A DNA stretch of 64,000 nucleotides. It comes from Octopus sinensis. Its lineage: Eukaryota. The translations under genes were made by a program, and so were the position numbers. The stretch's first letter is position 1; each line of letters starts with the position of its first letter. This document shows positions 1 to 12,110 of the stretch, piece by piece. The notes under the pieces were generated by a model. The model made no database searches. It worked only from the letters and a program-made list of their open reading frames with translations, and was not told the DNA's origin. The stretch covers positions 6,076,001-6,140,000 of the forward strand of contig NC_043002.1 of the NCBI RefSeq assembly GCF_006345805.1, given 5' to 3'.

Positions 1-562
1 AGAGACAAGTTAAGTGGAGGAAAAAGAAAATCAAAGAATAGGGATGGGACAGAAAGGTGAAGAGTGCGCGTGAGAGTTAATATCAAGACAAAAACTTGAT
101 ATACAGAACAATCTTACTTAAGAGGGTGCGTGCGTTTAGTCACATAATATATTAATAAATGAAATAAAACATATGCATATATATAAACATATATGTACGT
201 ACCTACCTCTACATGTACATATATACGCATATATGAGTACAGGACACCGAAGGGACGTCGAACACAAAGAGAAACGAAAACATAGACACAAACCAAAGGA
301 ACTGGACATTGTTTTAAAAACAACAAAAAATGGAGTACAGGACAATTAACACAACGAAAAAACCCCTTCTTCAGTCGCTAAGGTTTCATCTACTCTACGT
401 TTCGAAGGATAAAAGCGAGACGTGTCTTCGACAAGAAACTTTCCTTCCTGCGAAAAGCAAATAAATTAAAATTCTGAGATCTTTTCGCAGAGGGGTAAAA
501 AATGGTAAAAAAATGGTAAAAAAACAGGACAGTAACGACAGTACAAAAATATAAACAGTAAA

Positions 563-590
<28 letters not shown>
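1..590 (-). mobile_element. Fragment of AT-rich PLE-pLTR-like interspersed repeat (same family as 17190-17870)
   Basis: Shares blocks with 17450-17860, e.g. ttcgaagg...ttccttcctgc.aaa, ttttcgcagaggggtaaaaaa and catatgcatat...gagtacaggacacc; abuts (TA)n/(CA)n. PLE assignment is inference. Confidence 0.5.
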
Positions 591-601
<11 letters not shown>

Positions 602-1210
602 TATAGTACGTGTGTGTGTGCGTGCGTTTGTAAACCTTTCCTAAAGTTTTTGTGCGGTTGACATAAATCAGGTGTATTTATCGCTGTGTCTCGTGTAGTT
701 GGTGATGGAGATTGCTCGGTCATTCGATGACACCTCTTTAGTTGGAAGGTATTAATTGAGTAGGTATTAAAAGGTACAGCTGTAATCAATCGCGTTTTCT
801 AGTCACGTGTTTGGTAACACGGATGAACGTGGTCCGTTTGTACACGCAGCCGTCGGTGTTGTTAGAGTTCATTATTTACTGAGGGTGGATCCCCACTTTG
901 AAGCTGGCCAATAAGAACTTTGCTACAGGATAATAAGGTGAAACGACTTCGAATATTCTGTTCAGCATTAAAGCGGATTAAGCAGATGTGGAATATCTTG
1001 AGAAGCAAAACCCGCAGATTTTGGCAAAACCTGTAGATTTTCTATCCTTTTCCATATCATGATTTTTTTTTGTTTATTATGTTTGTGCGTATTCCTGCAT
1101 ATTTTGATTTTCAACAATGCTTGCATAGCACTGTTGTTCTTTCCAGGCAACGCCTTGGAAATGGACTACTGTATTGGTGATGTTGGTGCGGACCCTATAT
1201 AACAGGTAGT

Positions 1211-1853
1211 GAAGGCGTGCGGTTTTGGTTAAGGTATTCGGCTCAAGATCGCCAGACTTGTCACATTCGGTTTGACCGGCAGTTTTTTAAAATAATTTCC
1301 ACGTAACTAAACACTTTTAAACTTCGTATACTGGTAGGATGTGTTTATAAAACGTTTTTTTCTCTTGGCTATATTGAGAAAATTATATAGTTTGTAAGAT
1401 ATTTGTTGTTTTTTTTTTCTTCAATTTCTGCAATTTCAACCAGTCAGTGACGTCTATTGAGGTGAAAACATTCTGTGCCGTATGAATATGTCCTTTGTTT
1501 AAGAAACAGATTGGGTTTATTTACATTTCTGAAGAAAAAAGATACCCTTCCCCCACCCCGAACTCTAACCCTAACCCTAACTCTAATCCTAACCTTAAAA
1601 CAGATTGAAATGCAATAGATCGATACTAGGGTCATAATTATGGGTGACAATTTCATATGACACCGCTAGAAAAAAACTGCCGTTCAAACCGAAAAGATCC
1701 GCCAGACTTGTCACATTGGGTGTGTTACGCTGAATCTCCCTCAGAACTACGTGTCTATGGAATACTCAGCCACTTACATGTTAATTTCTCGGGTAGGCTG
1801 TTCCCTTGACCAGATTAACTGACACCCTCGTCGTCGTAACCGAGGGAGTGCCC
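1211..1853 (+). mobile_element. tRNA-derived SINE, internally deleted and interrupted by a TIR element
   Basis: Head aggcgtgcggttttggttaaggtattcggctc; body gctgaatctccctcagaactac...actcagccacttacatgttaatttc; tail accctcgtcgtcgtaaccgagggagtgcc. Confidence 0.6.
1266..1693. mobile_element. 428-bp non-autonomous TIR element with internal telomere-like (CCCTAA)n
   Basis: TIRs ttcggtttgaccggcagttttt (from 1266) and aaaaaactgccgttcaaaccgaa (to 1693); ctctaaccctaaccctaactctaatcctaacc at 1563-1594; flanked by direct repeats 1245-1267 and 1694-1717. Confidence 0.75.
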
Positions 1854-1879
1854 GTTAAGTCCTGCAACAAGCTGATATA

Positions 1880-2105
1880 CAGTAATCCCGCGACTATCGC
1901 AGGTACTACGTTCCAAAACACCCCGCGATAGGTGAAAATCCGTGAAGTAGAAGCAGTATTGCATTGTATATTTATTTATTTTTTTATTTTTAAAATCTGT
2001 GTATATTTATTTTACTATTAATGCAAAACAACACCACGGAGGAATCGACGTAAGTTTAAATAATAAACCGCGATAGGTGAACCGCGATATGGCGAGAAAT
2101 TACTG
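1880..2105. mobile_element. Tigger/pogo-like MITE (Tc1/mariner superfamily)
   Basis: TA-cagtaatcccgcgactatcgc ... gcgatatggcgagaaattactg-TA: imperfect ~22-bp TIRs and TA target duplication; no ORF. Confidence 0.75.
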
Positions 2106-2786
2106 TACTGCAGAAAGATACATAAATGTGTATACAATGTGTTATTCGAAGCATTTCTTTTTAATGAAGAAAAATTCTATGCTGCGACAGCTGGGTATTA
2201 TTGTTGGTTTTGTGGAAAATTTCACATGTTTAATTTTGTCACATTCTTTTATTCTTATATTCTTTTACTTGTTTCAGTCACTTGACTGCGACCATGCTGG
2301 AGCACCGCCTTTTAGTCAAAACAATTTGTTTATTTAACGGTGAATTAGTAAGAAAGCCTCATATTGTTTGCTACTGTTGCCTGTTGCAAGTAAATCATTT
2401 GCCATTTGCCTCCGTAGCAGCGAGTAAAATTGGTTTCTAGTCCGAAGACAAGTACCTTACAACAGCACTTTGGTTATTTTTTCAGTCGTTTAGGGATATT
2501 GTATAATTACACGCGTTGACGTATGTCGTCACATTGAATATCTAAAGATTCCTTGAGTTCTCTTCTGAGTTATTTCCTCAACTAGAAACTTGTGGGCCTG
2601 TTTTATACTTAGTTATATGCACATACGTGTGTGAGAACGTATGTATGTATGAATATATATTCCTGAGCTTTATACTAATACATCTGCTTGTTTTGTACAC
2701 CACCTGTCTTCGTCTTTTGTTTTTTTCGTAAATTCTCCCTATATATATATATACATATATATAGGGAGAATTTACGAAAAAACATA

Positions 2787-2839
<53 letters not shown>

Positions 2840-2863
2840 TATAGGGAGAATTTACGAAAAAAC

Positions 2864-2913
<50 letters not shown>

Positions 2914-2926
2914 GGGAGTGTAATTC

Positions 2927-2980
<54 letters not shown>

Positions 2981-3069
2981 AAAAAAGGGTAGAATTAATT
3001 AATTATTAATTAATTCGACCGAGCAGTGATCGGTATGTAAAACGACCATTTACGGTATATTTGAAATAT

Positions 3070-3687
3070 TACTTTATAAAAATAGGGTAAAGTAAAATAA
3101 TTTACTTTACCACAGACCGAGCTTTTTAGAAATAGCAGCCAAAAAATTTAGCAATTTCTTCTACTGCAAGAAAAAGTCTCCCAGACAATGCATACTCAGA
3201 AATAACTCACATAGGTATAAGGGAAAAACAACGAAAGATCACATCCATATAAGATACCCTAGGACAGTCTGTTTTTGGATTAGTTGATTAAACGCCAACA
3301 TTTCCTTCATCAGCTCAGAGATTTCTTCTGATTTAGATTTGAAAGTACTAAGAATCAAACATACCCGTCCGATATTGGTAACACCGGACAAACCATGTTT
3401 GATTCTTAGTACTTTCAAATCTAAATCAGAAGAAATCTCTGAGCTGATGAAGGAAATGTTGGCGTTTAATTAACTAATCCAAAAACAGGCTGTCCTCGGG
3501 TATCTTATATGGATGTGATCTTTCGTTGTTTTTCCCTTATACCTATGTGAGTTATTTCTGAGTATGCATTGTCTGGGAGACTTTTTCTTGCAGTAGAAGA
3601 AATTGTTAAATTTTTTGGCTGCTATTTCTAAAAAGCTCGGTCTGTGGTAAAGTAAATTATTTTACTTTACCCTATTTTTATAAAGTA
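3070..3687. repeat. Near-perfect inverted repeat, 293-bp arms, 32-nt loop
   Basis: 3070-3362 is the reverse complement of 3395-3687 with about 4 mismatches; followed by (TA)n. Confidence 0.95.
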
Positions 3688-3748
3688 TATATATATATAT
3701 ATATGAAAAAACAAGTAAAAAATAGAAAATGCTAAATATTTTAGTGAA

Positions 3749-3796
3749 CATTTCAGTACCGGTTTCGGTCATTTTGAGACCTTTTCAACTGTAACG
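3749..3796 (-). ncRNA. Type I hammerhead ribozyme motif, U3-A8 core variant
   Basis: Reverse-complement copy of the motif at 4545-4592. Confidence 0.75.
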
Positions 3797-4139
3797 ATTA
3801 AATAATTAAATTTAGAAAGAATTAGAAGAAAAGTTTTTTTAAAAGAATATTTCTATAGTAGTGTTCAGATTTAAGTGGCATTCTGCTTTCTCTGACTCCC
3901 TTGTTTGCACTGTGTGTTCGAGGTAGTTGTGAGCTCTTGGTAGGGTAGTAGAGAGAAGGCTGGTGAGGAAAGGGGGTGGGAGAATCTGGGAGTGCCCTGA
4001 TGGTCGTATTTTGAATGGTCAGTGGCGGCTGGCAGTCTCAGTTCAATTCAGGAGAATATTTATATTGACAGGCTTCTTTATAGAATTAGCGTAGGTGTTA
4101 TACTAAAAAACATTAGTGACAAACTTAAGGGGTAGGGGG

Positions 4140-4380
4140 TGGAGAAGAAGAAGAAGAAGAAAAGAAGAAGAAGAAGGAGAAGGAGAAGGAGAAGATGACG
4201 ATGATGTGAAGGTGGTGATGATTATGACGACGATGATGATGATAACGATGATGATGAAGAAGAAGAAGAAGAAAAGAAGGAGGAGAGGAGAAGATGGTGG
4301 TGATGATGTGGCGATGATGATGATGCCGATGATGATGATAACGATGATGATGAAGAAGAAGAGAAGAAGAAGAAGAAAAA
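4140..4380 (+). repeat. Compound (GAA)n/(GAT)n low-complexity tract with internal duplication
   Basis: Direct reading; source of ORF 4116..4430. Confidence 0.9.
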
Positions 4381-4544
4381 CAGAGAAGGGAGAATATGAA
4401 TGTAAATATAGCTATGAAGGGGCTGATTAGTAATGGATTCTATTGAGTGTAGTATTTGTGTGTGTATATATATTTGTACACTACTATAGAAATATTCTTT
4501 TAAAAAAACTTTTCTTCTAATTTTTCTAAATTTAATTATTTAAT

Positions 4545-4592
4545 CGTTACAGTTGAAAAGGTCTCAAAATGACCGAAACCGGTACTGAAATG
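4545..4592 (+). ncRNA. Type I hammerhead ribozyme motif, U3-A8 core variant
   Basis: cgttacag-TTGAAAA-ggtc/tcaaaat/gacc-GAAA-ccgg-TA-ctgaaatg: helix I cag/ctg with extension, helix II 4 bp, palindromic helix III ACCGGT, GUA cleavage triplet. Confidence 0.75.
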
Positions 4593-4723
4593 TTCACTAT
4601 AAAATTATTTTAGCATTTTCTATTTTTTACTTGTTTTTTCATATATATCAACTCGTGTGTTCCTTTTCACCCTTATACATATATATATATACGCGAGAAA
4701 GAAGCAACAAGAATGGATAGGTT

Positions 4724-4813
4724 TTTAGTACGATCGTTTCATACAAGGACAGGTTTTATTAAAAGTTGCAAAGATTACAGCATATAAACGAGTCCCGTAC
4801 TCATCAGCTAAAA
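4724..4813 (-). ncRNA. Type I hammerhead ribozyme motif, canonical core
   Basis: Reverse-complement copy of the motif at 5372-5462. Confidence 0.85.
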
Positions 4814-5371
4814 TACATGTAAGTTCTCTAGACATCCTAGTGTTTGAGGCTATACTCATGAAGTAATGTAGATAATTAAACAGATTTCTAAAGTTCATTA
4901 AAGTTCTTTAAAGATGATGTATAGTCTTATCACAGAATTTTAAAAAAGTTTGATAGCATCACAGAGAAGGTGACCTAATCCATATGAATTTCCATAGATA
5001 TGATGAGGGATTATATACTCACAGAAGACAAATTTATCCTTGTTATTAGCATTACAGAGAGGGTGAATTAATCCTTTGTATATATGCACAGATCTGTGCA
5101 TATATACAAAGGATTAATTCACCCTCTCTGTAATGCTAATAACAATGGATAAATTTGTCTTCTGTGAGTATATAATCCCTCATCATATCTATGGAAATTC
5201 ATATGGATTAGGTCACCTTCTCTGTGATGCTATCAAAACTTTTTTAAAATTCTGTGATAAGACTATACATCATCTTTAAGAACTTTAATGAACTTTAGAA
5301 TCTGTTTAATTATCTACATTACTTCATGAGTATAGCCTCAAACACTAGGATGTCTAGAGAACTTACATGTA

Positions 5372-5462
5372 TTTTAGCTGATGAGTACGGGACTCGTTTA
5401 TATGCTGTAATCTTTGCAACTTTTAATAAAACCTGTCCTTGTATGAAACGATCGTACTAAAA
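5372..5462 (+). ncRNA. Type I hammerhead ribozyme motif, canonical core
   Basis: ttttag-CTGATGA(5378-84)-gtacgggac...gtccttgtat-GAAA(5445-48)-cgatcg-TA-ctaaaa: 6-bp helix I, ~9-bp helix II with long loop, palindromic helix III ACGATCGT, GUA triplet. Confidence 0.85.
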
Positions 5463-7039
5463 ACCTATCCATTCTTGTTGCTTCTTTCTCGCTTATAATC
5501 ACCCACATTACTGTATTGTTAAATCAGTATAGTTTTTTTGGTGCATCTAAGTTAGGTACCATATTCAAGTAAATTTTTAAATTAACTTGAATCTTTATTG
5601 CTCTTTGCATATATATATATATATACTCGCGCTCTCTCAAACACACACACATTGAGAGAGAGGTGTCTGTATAAATAATTTCCAGAACCATCCGTATGAT
5701 AAAGAATAACTGAGATGAATAAACGAAGGCCACTCAATGTCAATACTCACCTTGCTACAAATAGCAGAAAAATCTCATTCAAATCACTCGCTCAGCTCTT
5801 GAAAATTAAAGGAATTTGTAAGAGAAGTGAATTCTAGATACTACTATTTCTTACAGGTCAAGCAGCTACGTATGCTTTCTCTTTCTTTTAATCATATATT
5901 GGCTTCTTTAGTTTAGTCGACGGCGATTATAGAAGGAATATATCGATGTCATGTTAATGTATTATATTAAGTTCCAGGTCGAACAAGCGAGGCAGTCTTT
6001 CTGTATATATTATGTATCGTAAGATACACAATCTCAATACTTCCAGCACATTCCAGTCGGCGACAAACTATGTCTACAAGCCCGTATCAGAACAGAAATG
6101 TTTTCTTCGACATGCTCTGTAAATTTCGACTCAAAAGCCTTTGGCTGACCAGTGGGCTGTAATAGAAACACTTGCCTTAGCTGGCACGTAGTAGGATTGA
6201 ATCCCAAACCACGTAGTTACGATGCAAGCTCCTTTACCATATAGCTATGTCTGCACCCACGGTATTGATTTGCCGTGTATATCTTAATAGCGCAACCGAT
6301 TAGATGATAGCTTTATTTTATTTTATATTATATTTACAACCGAATATCATCATAAAATACCAATTATGTTTGTTACATGCCTGAAGCTTTGGGCAATATC
6401 TAATAAAAGCTCTCTTCATGTTATGTGTACATTTCATATTCCTGCAAACAATCGGCAATCAGAGATCAAATGGAAACATAGAAAAAAAAAAAGAAGAGAG
6501 AAAAGAAACGAAACAACGTGGGAGAAAAGTGGATGTGAGGGTGGGAGATGATTAAATAACTATGACGCAGTTATTTTTAGTGGAACATCACTTGACAATG
6601 ACAGCTAAATCAATCTACATATTCATACACACAGTGCCGTATACACATATACGCGAACACATACCATATGTATACGCATAAATTTTTTTTTGACATTTTG
6701 ATTCCTGAGAGCTTACCTCCACATACTTTACAACATTTGTTCTATTCTAGCAATATTGGCACTGTTGTTCTTCGTACTGTAGCTGTTGTTTAACCCCAGG
6801 TCTGTCGTGATCGAACAGGTCCATATAATTAAAGGCTTTCTAACCGTGACTATCCCACAAGCCCCATAAGCACAATACACAAACCAGACAATATTATCCA
6901 ATATGCCATTTTTCTATAAGATAGTGGTTGTGATTCTCGTAAGCAAGTGTTTCCAAATTTTTTTCACCAGCGATTCCTAAACTGAATTCTTGATCTCTAT
7001 CATGCACATCAGGTAAGTAGAGAAAATTTAAAAAGAAAT

Positions 7040-7130
7040 AATAACAATAATAATAACAATACTAATAATAATAATAATAATAATAATAATCATAATAATA
7101 ATGATAATAATGATAATAATGATAATAATG

Positions 7131-7163
<33 letters not shown>

Positions 7164-7200
7164 TAATAATAATAATAATAATGATATTGATAACAATGAT
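7040..7200 (+). repeat. (AAT)n microsatellite
   Basis: Direct reading. Confidence 0.95.
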
Positions 7201-7514
7201 AAAAGTATGGAAAAACTCCATAAACAATATAGGTAATATTAAACACATTAAAATGAATTAGCGTGGCTTTTTATTGAATTGACATCATTAATGGGAGGAT
7301 GTCTTTGATGTAGAGTAGAAACGGCGTTTATGTGGTAGAAGATTAATGAGTTTTTGTGGCATGTCATCACGCTCTTCTAGGGCCAATCTGTTTTTCTAAC
7401 TTCCTTTTATTACTACATTTGAATAGCTAAAACCTTGTACGAACTGGATGAAGCTAAATATGGCTCGTTCTGCACTAAGTTTCGGGTATTTGGTAACACT
7501 ATTTACATTGCATC

Positions 7515-7948
7515 AGGCAACGAAGTGGCAGAGTCATCAGCACTCTGTACAAAATGCTTAGCGACATTTTTTTCGGAATTGCCTTCTGAATTTAAATTCT
7601 GCTGAGGTTAACTTTGCCTTTCATTTTTCTGAGACGATAATATAAAATACCAGCCAAATACTGGGGTCGAAGTAATCGACTATCCTCCACCTAATTTCCA
7701 GGCCCGTGTTACTATAGTAGTAAGAATCATTTACATTGTTCTCAGCCAGCTGGCAGAATCGTTAGCGTCTAAGTCTTAACAATGTTTCTTTTGGATCGTT
7801 ACGTTCTGAGTTCAAATACCGCCAAGGTCAAGTTTTCATTTTAGAGTCGGTAAAATAGATTTCCACTCAAATATTGGCATCGATCTAATCGACTTGCTCA
7901 CTCTACACAAAATTGTTGGCCTTGTGCCAAAATTAGAAAGAATTATTT
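7515..7948 (+). mobile_element. Two decayed copies of abundant tRNA-derived SINE family A
   Basis: A-box-like tggcagaatcgttagc, B-box-like gagttcaaatacc, body gtcga.tttgcctttcat...aaataag..ccag...ggggtcga.gtaatcgac. Confidence 0.75.
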
Positions 7949-8344
7949 ACATTGCTCCTCGAGGCGGTAAAAGCACAAAGAAAAATGTTTTGAGCCATTT
8001 ACTCCAGTGTTTTAAAGTTCTGAGTTCAAATCCCTCAAACACAGTAAAGCACCATTTGACCATTGGCTTATTTGTAATCTACTAAACCATTCCCCATTAG
8101 ACACAATTATTTACAGTGTTCTAATAGTTACTGATGGTTTTGATTTCGAACAATGATTTAGCTTCGAGATCCACACACACACATCATAAAAGTTTCAATG
8201 AGTGCATACTCTGCTTCCAAAATTAAATGGTATAACAATCCAGTCAGCTATATACATTTTCTTCATATTCTCGAAACATACTTTAATATCTCCCTCTCAT
8301 TTAAGGCAGCGAGCTGGCAGAATCGTTCAGTTACCGGCTTACTC

Positions 8345-8552
8345 ATTTACTCTCATTAACTTGTTTCAGTCATTTGACTGCAGCCATGCTGGAGCACCGC
8401 CTTTAGTCGAGCAAATCGACCCCGGGACTTATTCTTTGTAAGCCCAGTACTTATTCTATCGGTCTTTTTTGCCGAACCGCTATGTGACGGGGACGTAAAC
8501 ACACCAGCATCGGTTGTCAAGCAATGCTAGAGGGACAAACACAGACACACAA

Positions 8553-8619
<67 letters not shown>

Positions 8620-8785
8620 TACGACAGGCTTCTTTCAGTTTCCGTCTACCAAATCCACTCACAAGGCATTGGTTGGCCCGAGGCTATAGCAGAAGACACT
8701 TGCCCAAGATGCCACGCAGTAAGACTGAACCCGGAACCATGTGGTTGGTAAGCAAGCTACCTACCACACAGCCACTCCTGCGCCT
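8345..8785 (-). mobile_element. tRNA-derived SINE family B with internal (TA)n/(CA)n
   Basis: Reverse complement starts ggcgcaggagtggctgtgtggtag and ends gactgaaacaagttaatgagag; matches 33121-33520 and 63153-63562. Confidence 0.85.
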
Positions 8786-10310
8786 TTCAGTAATCTCCAT
8801 CAAATCCACAAACAAGGCTTTGGTCTGCTCGAGGCAATAGCAGAAGACACTTGAACGATGTGCCACGCAGTGAGACAACTCAGAACTATGAGGTTGACAA
8901 GCAAGCTTCTTACCACACAGCCAAAGCTCTGAAAGATAGTTAGACATTTGGATTGGAGATATATAGTCGATTTAATCGATTTCAGGCATTGATTTATCAG
9001 CCTCTACTAAATATTTGCTGAAAGCTGTCGCTTGGTCGCTAGACACCTATTACGGAAATGAAAGTAAATGTTAAGGCCTCCTTCGATGTTGCTCTAGCCC
9101 GAACAAGGTTATTTCGAAGCTGACTGACTGACAATTTCCCCCGTGCAAAGTATACACACTACTGATGTTTAGTTAAAAGAAAGCCCACTGGCTTGGGTTG
9201 ACTCAGCTTCACATCAGCATCGTCTCAGGCATTCCTATTACAATGCAAAACAGATACAATAAGACATCGTATCCAACCTTCTAACAGTTTTATCAGTCTA
9301 CCATTTTGGTACTTTGGTACAACCCAGAAGGTTGACTTCGGTGAGATTTGGACTCATACAGTAAAGATTCAGCACGTAATAGTGCGGGCTGGTCTATCTA
9401 ATGCTCTAAGGACTCTGATGACTCTCCACCTTTGAAATAGATATTTTGGTGCATATTAAGCTAGAGCAGCGTCACACTTTCATTAGCTAATTATCGTTCA
9501 CAGAATTTATAATGTCAAAATCTCAATCAACAAGGATTTCCTGTGTCCTGCGGTCGATCTTTGATGATAGTCGAAGAGAATTTTTAGCCTGTTGTTAACC
9601 ACTAATAACACATTTGCATACTTGCTGTCAAAAGCCGTGTCCGTAACCCAGGTCACGGGGCCTTAAGGTAGTGTATTAGGTCGGGTTGTTATTTTCTGAT
9701 GTAGCTAAAATATTATCGGCAACCTGACCTCGGGTGAATAAAAGAGGGAAATCAGCTCGAGTGAAATTTTGTCACAACATACAGACGAAAGAAAACAAAA
9801 CAATAGAAATTGTGTACACATCTGTTTCACTTTGATATAAAAATGTTTGTTCCACATATGTAGTCCGGTATATATTTTATTCAACAAACAGGTCATCATA
9901 TATATATGTGGCTAGCAAAACTTTGAAACTATTTATTTATTGCGTACACCCTGTGTGCATAAATCGAGGAACAATGGTTAGCTTATCAGTGATCAAAGTT
10001 ATCGATCTGTTCTATTAATTTTCTGGCGTATATAGGAGGAGGATAATCGATTATATCATATTCAGTACACGATTAGTACCATATTTTATCGACCCCCAAA
10101 AGGAATGAAGGCAAAATCAACTTCGGCGAGATTTGAACTCAAAGCTTAAAGGGTTGTAACTATGTGCTACAGAACGTTTTCTCCCTTACTCAATCAACTC
10201 CTTCGGTAATAACAGTTGTTTCTAACATGGACATAATGGTGGAAATTTAGCAGAAGGGAACAAGCTTCAGTACTTGACTCAGTTAAAAATCATTTTTACT
10301 GGTGGCGTTT

Positions 10311-10705
10311 GGTAGGCGAGCTGGCAGAATAGATAGCACCCTGGGTAAAATGCAAAGCCGCATTTCTCAGTTCAAATTCCGCCGAGGTCAACTTTTCCTT
10401 TTATCCTTTCAGTGTCAACAAAATAAATACCAAATGAACACTGGGATCGATGTAATCGATTTATCCGCTCTTCCGAACATGCTGGCTTTGTGCCAAAATT
10501 TGAAACCATTACTGAGGTGGCGAGCTGTCATAATCGTTATCTCGGCGGACAAAATAGTCAGTGGTGTTTCTTTAGGCTTTATGTTCTGAGTTCAAATGTC
10601 ACCAAGGTCGACTTTGCCCATCATCTTTTTTAGATCAATAAAATAAGTACCAGTTGAACATGAAGCTGACTTGACACCTCCTCGAAAATGTTAGGCTTAG
10701 TACCT
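10311..10705 (+). mobile_element. Two adjacent SINE family A copies
   Basis: ggcgagctggcagaat... head; gagttcaaat B box; gtcgactttgcc body. Confidence 0.75.
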
Positions 10706-11774
10706 CTAACTTTGATTTTACCCATCCTGGATGGGTGAAGCAAGATTAAACACGAATGGATTTGAACTCAGGATGAAAATATTAAATGTTATAATGATTT
10801 CCAATCAAGGTACAACGTCACGTATTTTTGGCCTTCAGCAGAAACTATAACAACCCATCACGCTAATTCACATTTATTTCAACTAAATACGAAATTGTTT
10901 TCTCTTGACAAAATAAATTGCTTTTCTATTTTAAGACATTCGCTGGAATATCACTTATAATGAAATTGATTCCGGAAGGAGACAGGATATTGCAATGACG
11001 ACATGATATATAAATTTATCGAGATGCTAGAAATAGTAGTGAAATATCTCTTTCAAATCTCACTTTAACGTCTTAAATAAAGGAAGTACACAGATTATGT
11101 AAAATTAGCAACATTTAGTCTGAAAATAAAATACAGCGTAACCAGGAGTGTGATTCCATTGATTATAGGTCTGCTCGAAGAGCGATGAGGCTAAATAACA
11201 ACAACGACACACACACACACACATTTATTCAGCTTCGCTTTATTTAATTCGAACATTTAAAAGAGATCGTGTTCATTAGATATAACGGTAGCTGCTGCCA
11301 AGAGAGAGGTGAAAAATGGAGGCTTTGTCATATAAAATTCTTTGTTGCCATTTAGCAACCCAGCACCGAACATCCCAGCCTTCTTTCATTCATTGGGAAT
11401 CTTAAACTACATTTTCCATTGTGTTCAACCATTTTCAAGACAGCAGGATGCAGTTTTAGCATGATTTGGTGGTTGTTTCTTGCCGACCAATCGACCATAT
11501 GAAGTCTACCTCGTTGTTTTGTGGTACTGTCATTGTATATGTTTGTGTGTGTTAGTGTGTCTGTATTGCGTATGACTTGTAAACTATTTCTGTAGTACAG
11601 TGATAGTTATGAAATAAAATCATGCCAGCCGTGATGTAACATTTTCTTTTACACATCGGGAACTATATTATCAAATGCATCGTTCTTATTTTTAGGAAGA
11701 TAAAAAGAATTTGAAGAAGATCTAGCTGTTATTTTCAGCTGATCAATGACTACTTACAGAGCTGCCTCGTTGAC

Positions 11775-12110
11775 TTACTGTTGAGCGTAGCGGTCTTCAT
11801 CCAGTGGGAGAAGTCCGAAACGTGGTCCTTTTGCTATTCGTATGACCCGCAGAAGAGAAAGCAAGTCAACCCCCGACACCGAGAGCATCGACGGATGGAT
11901 GAACGCGCATCCAGGCTCAGGGTTGCATAGGAAGTCGGGGACAAGAAATAGGGAGAAAGAGTGAGAGAAAGTTGGGGCGAAAGAGTACAATAGGGGTCTC
12001 CACCACCCCCTGCCGGAGCCTCGTGGGGCTTTAGGTGTTTTCGCTCAATAAACACACACAACGCCCGGTCTGGGAATCGAAACCGCGATCCTCCGAGCGC
12101 GAGTCCAAGC
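11775..12110 (-). mobile_element. tRNA-derived SINE family C with alternative 3' tail
   Basis: Reverse complement ggactcgcgctcggaggatcgcggtttcgattcccagaccgggcg...gagcgaaaacacctaaag shares head and body with 35844 and 39620 copies; tail differs. Confidence 0.8.

Larger units (their letters stand above)
3695..4648 (-). mobile_element. Truncated Penelope-like element: 3' end plus pLTR with an inverted pLTR copy
   Basis: Inverted arms 3695-3864 and 4478-4648, each with an HHR motif. The spacer on the minus strand (about 4080-4030) reads KEACQYKYSPELN*D, resembling the GIY-YIG C-terminal motif KEA..I....P.LNRD. Confidence 0.6.
4693..5492. repeat. 800-bp near-perfect palindrome with no spacer
   Basis: Centre cag-a|t-ctg at 5092/5093; 4693-5092 is the reverse complement of 5093-5492 apart from a few 1-nt indels or mismatches. 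Confidence 0.95.

Noticed and set aside
360-470. Split HHR-like pieces (minus: ccttc-GAAA-cg-TA ... CTGAAGA-agggg); similar at 17670-17750 and 63740-63775
   Set aside because: Core halves are in type II order or incomplete, and helix I does not pair; could not build a valid fold.
11775-11830. CTGTTGA...GAAAcgtggTC in the SINE C tail
   Set aside because: Seven unpaired nt between core and helix II, and no helix I.
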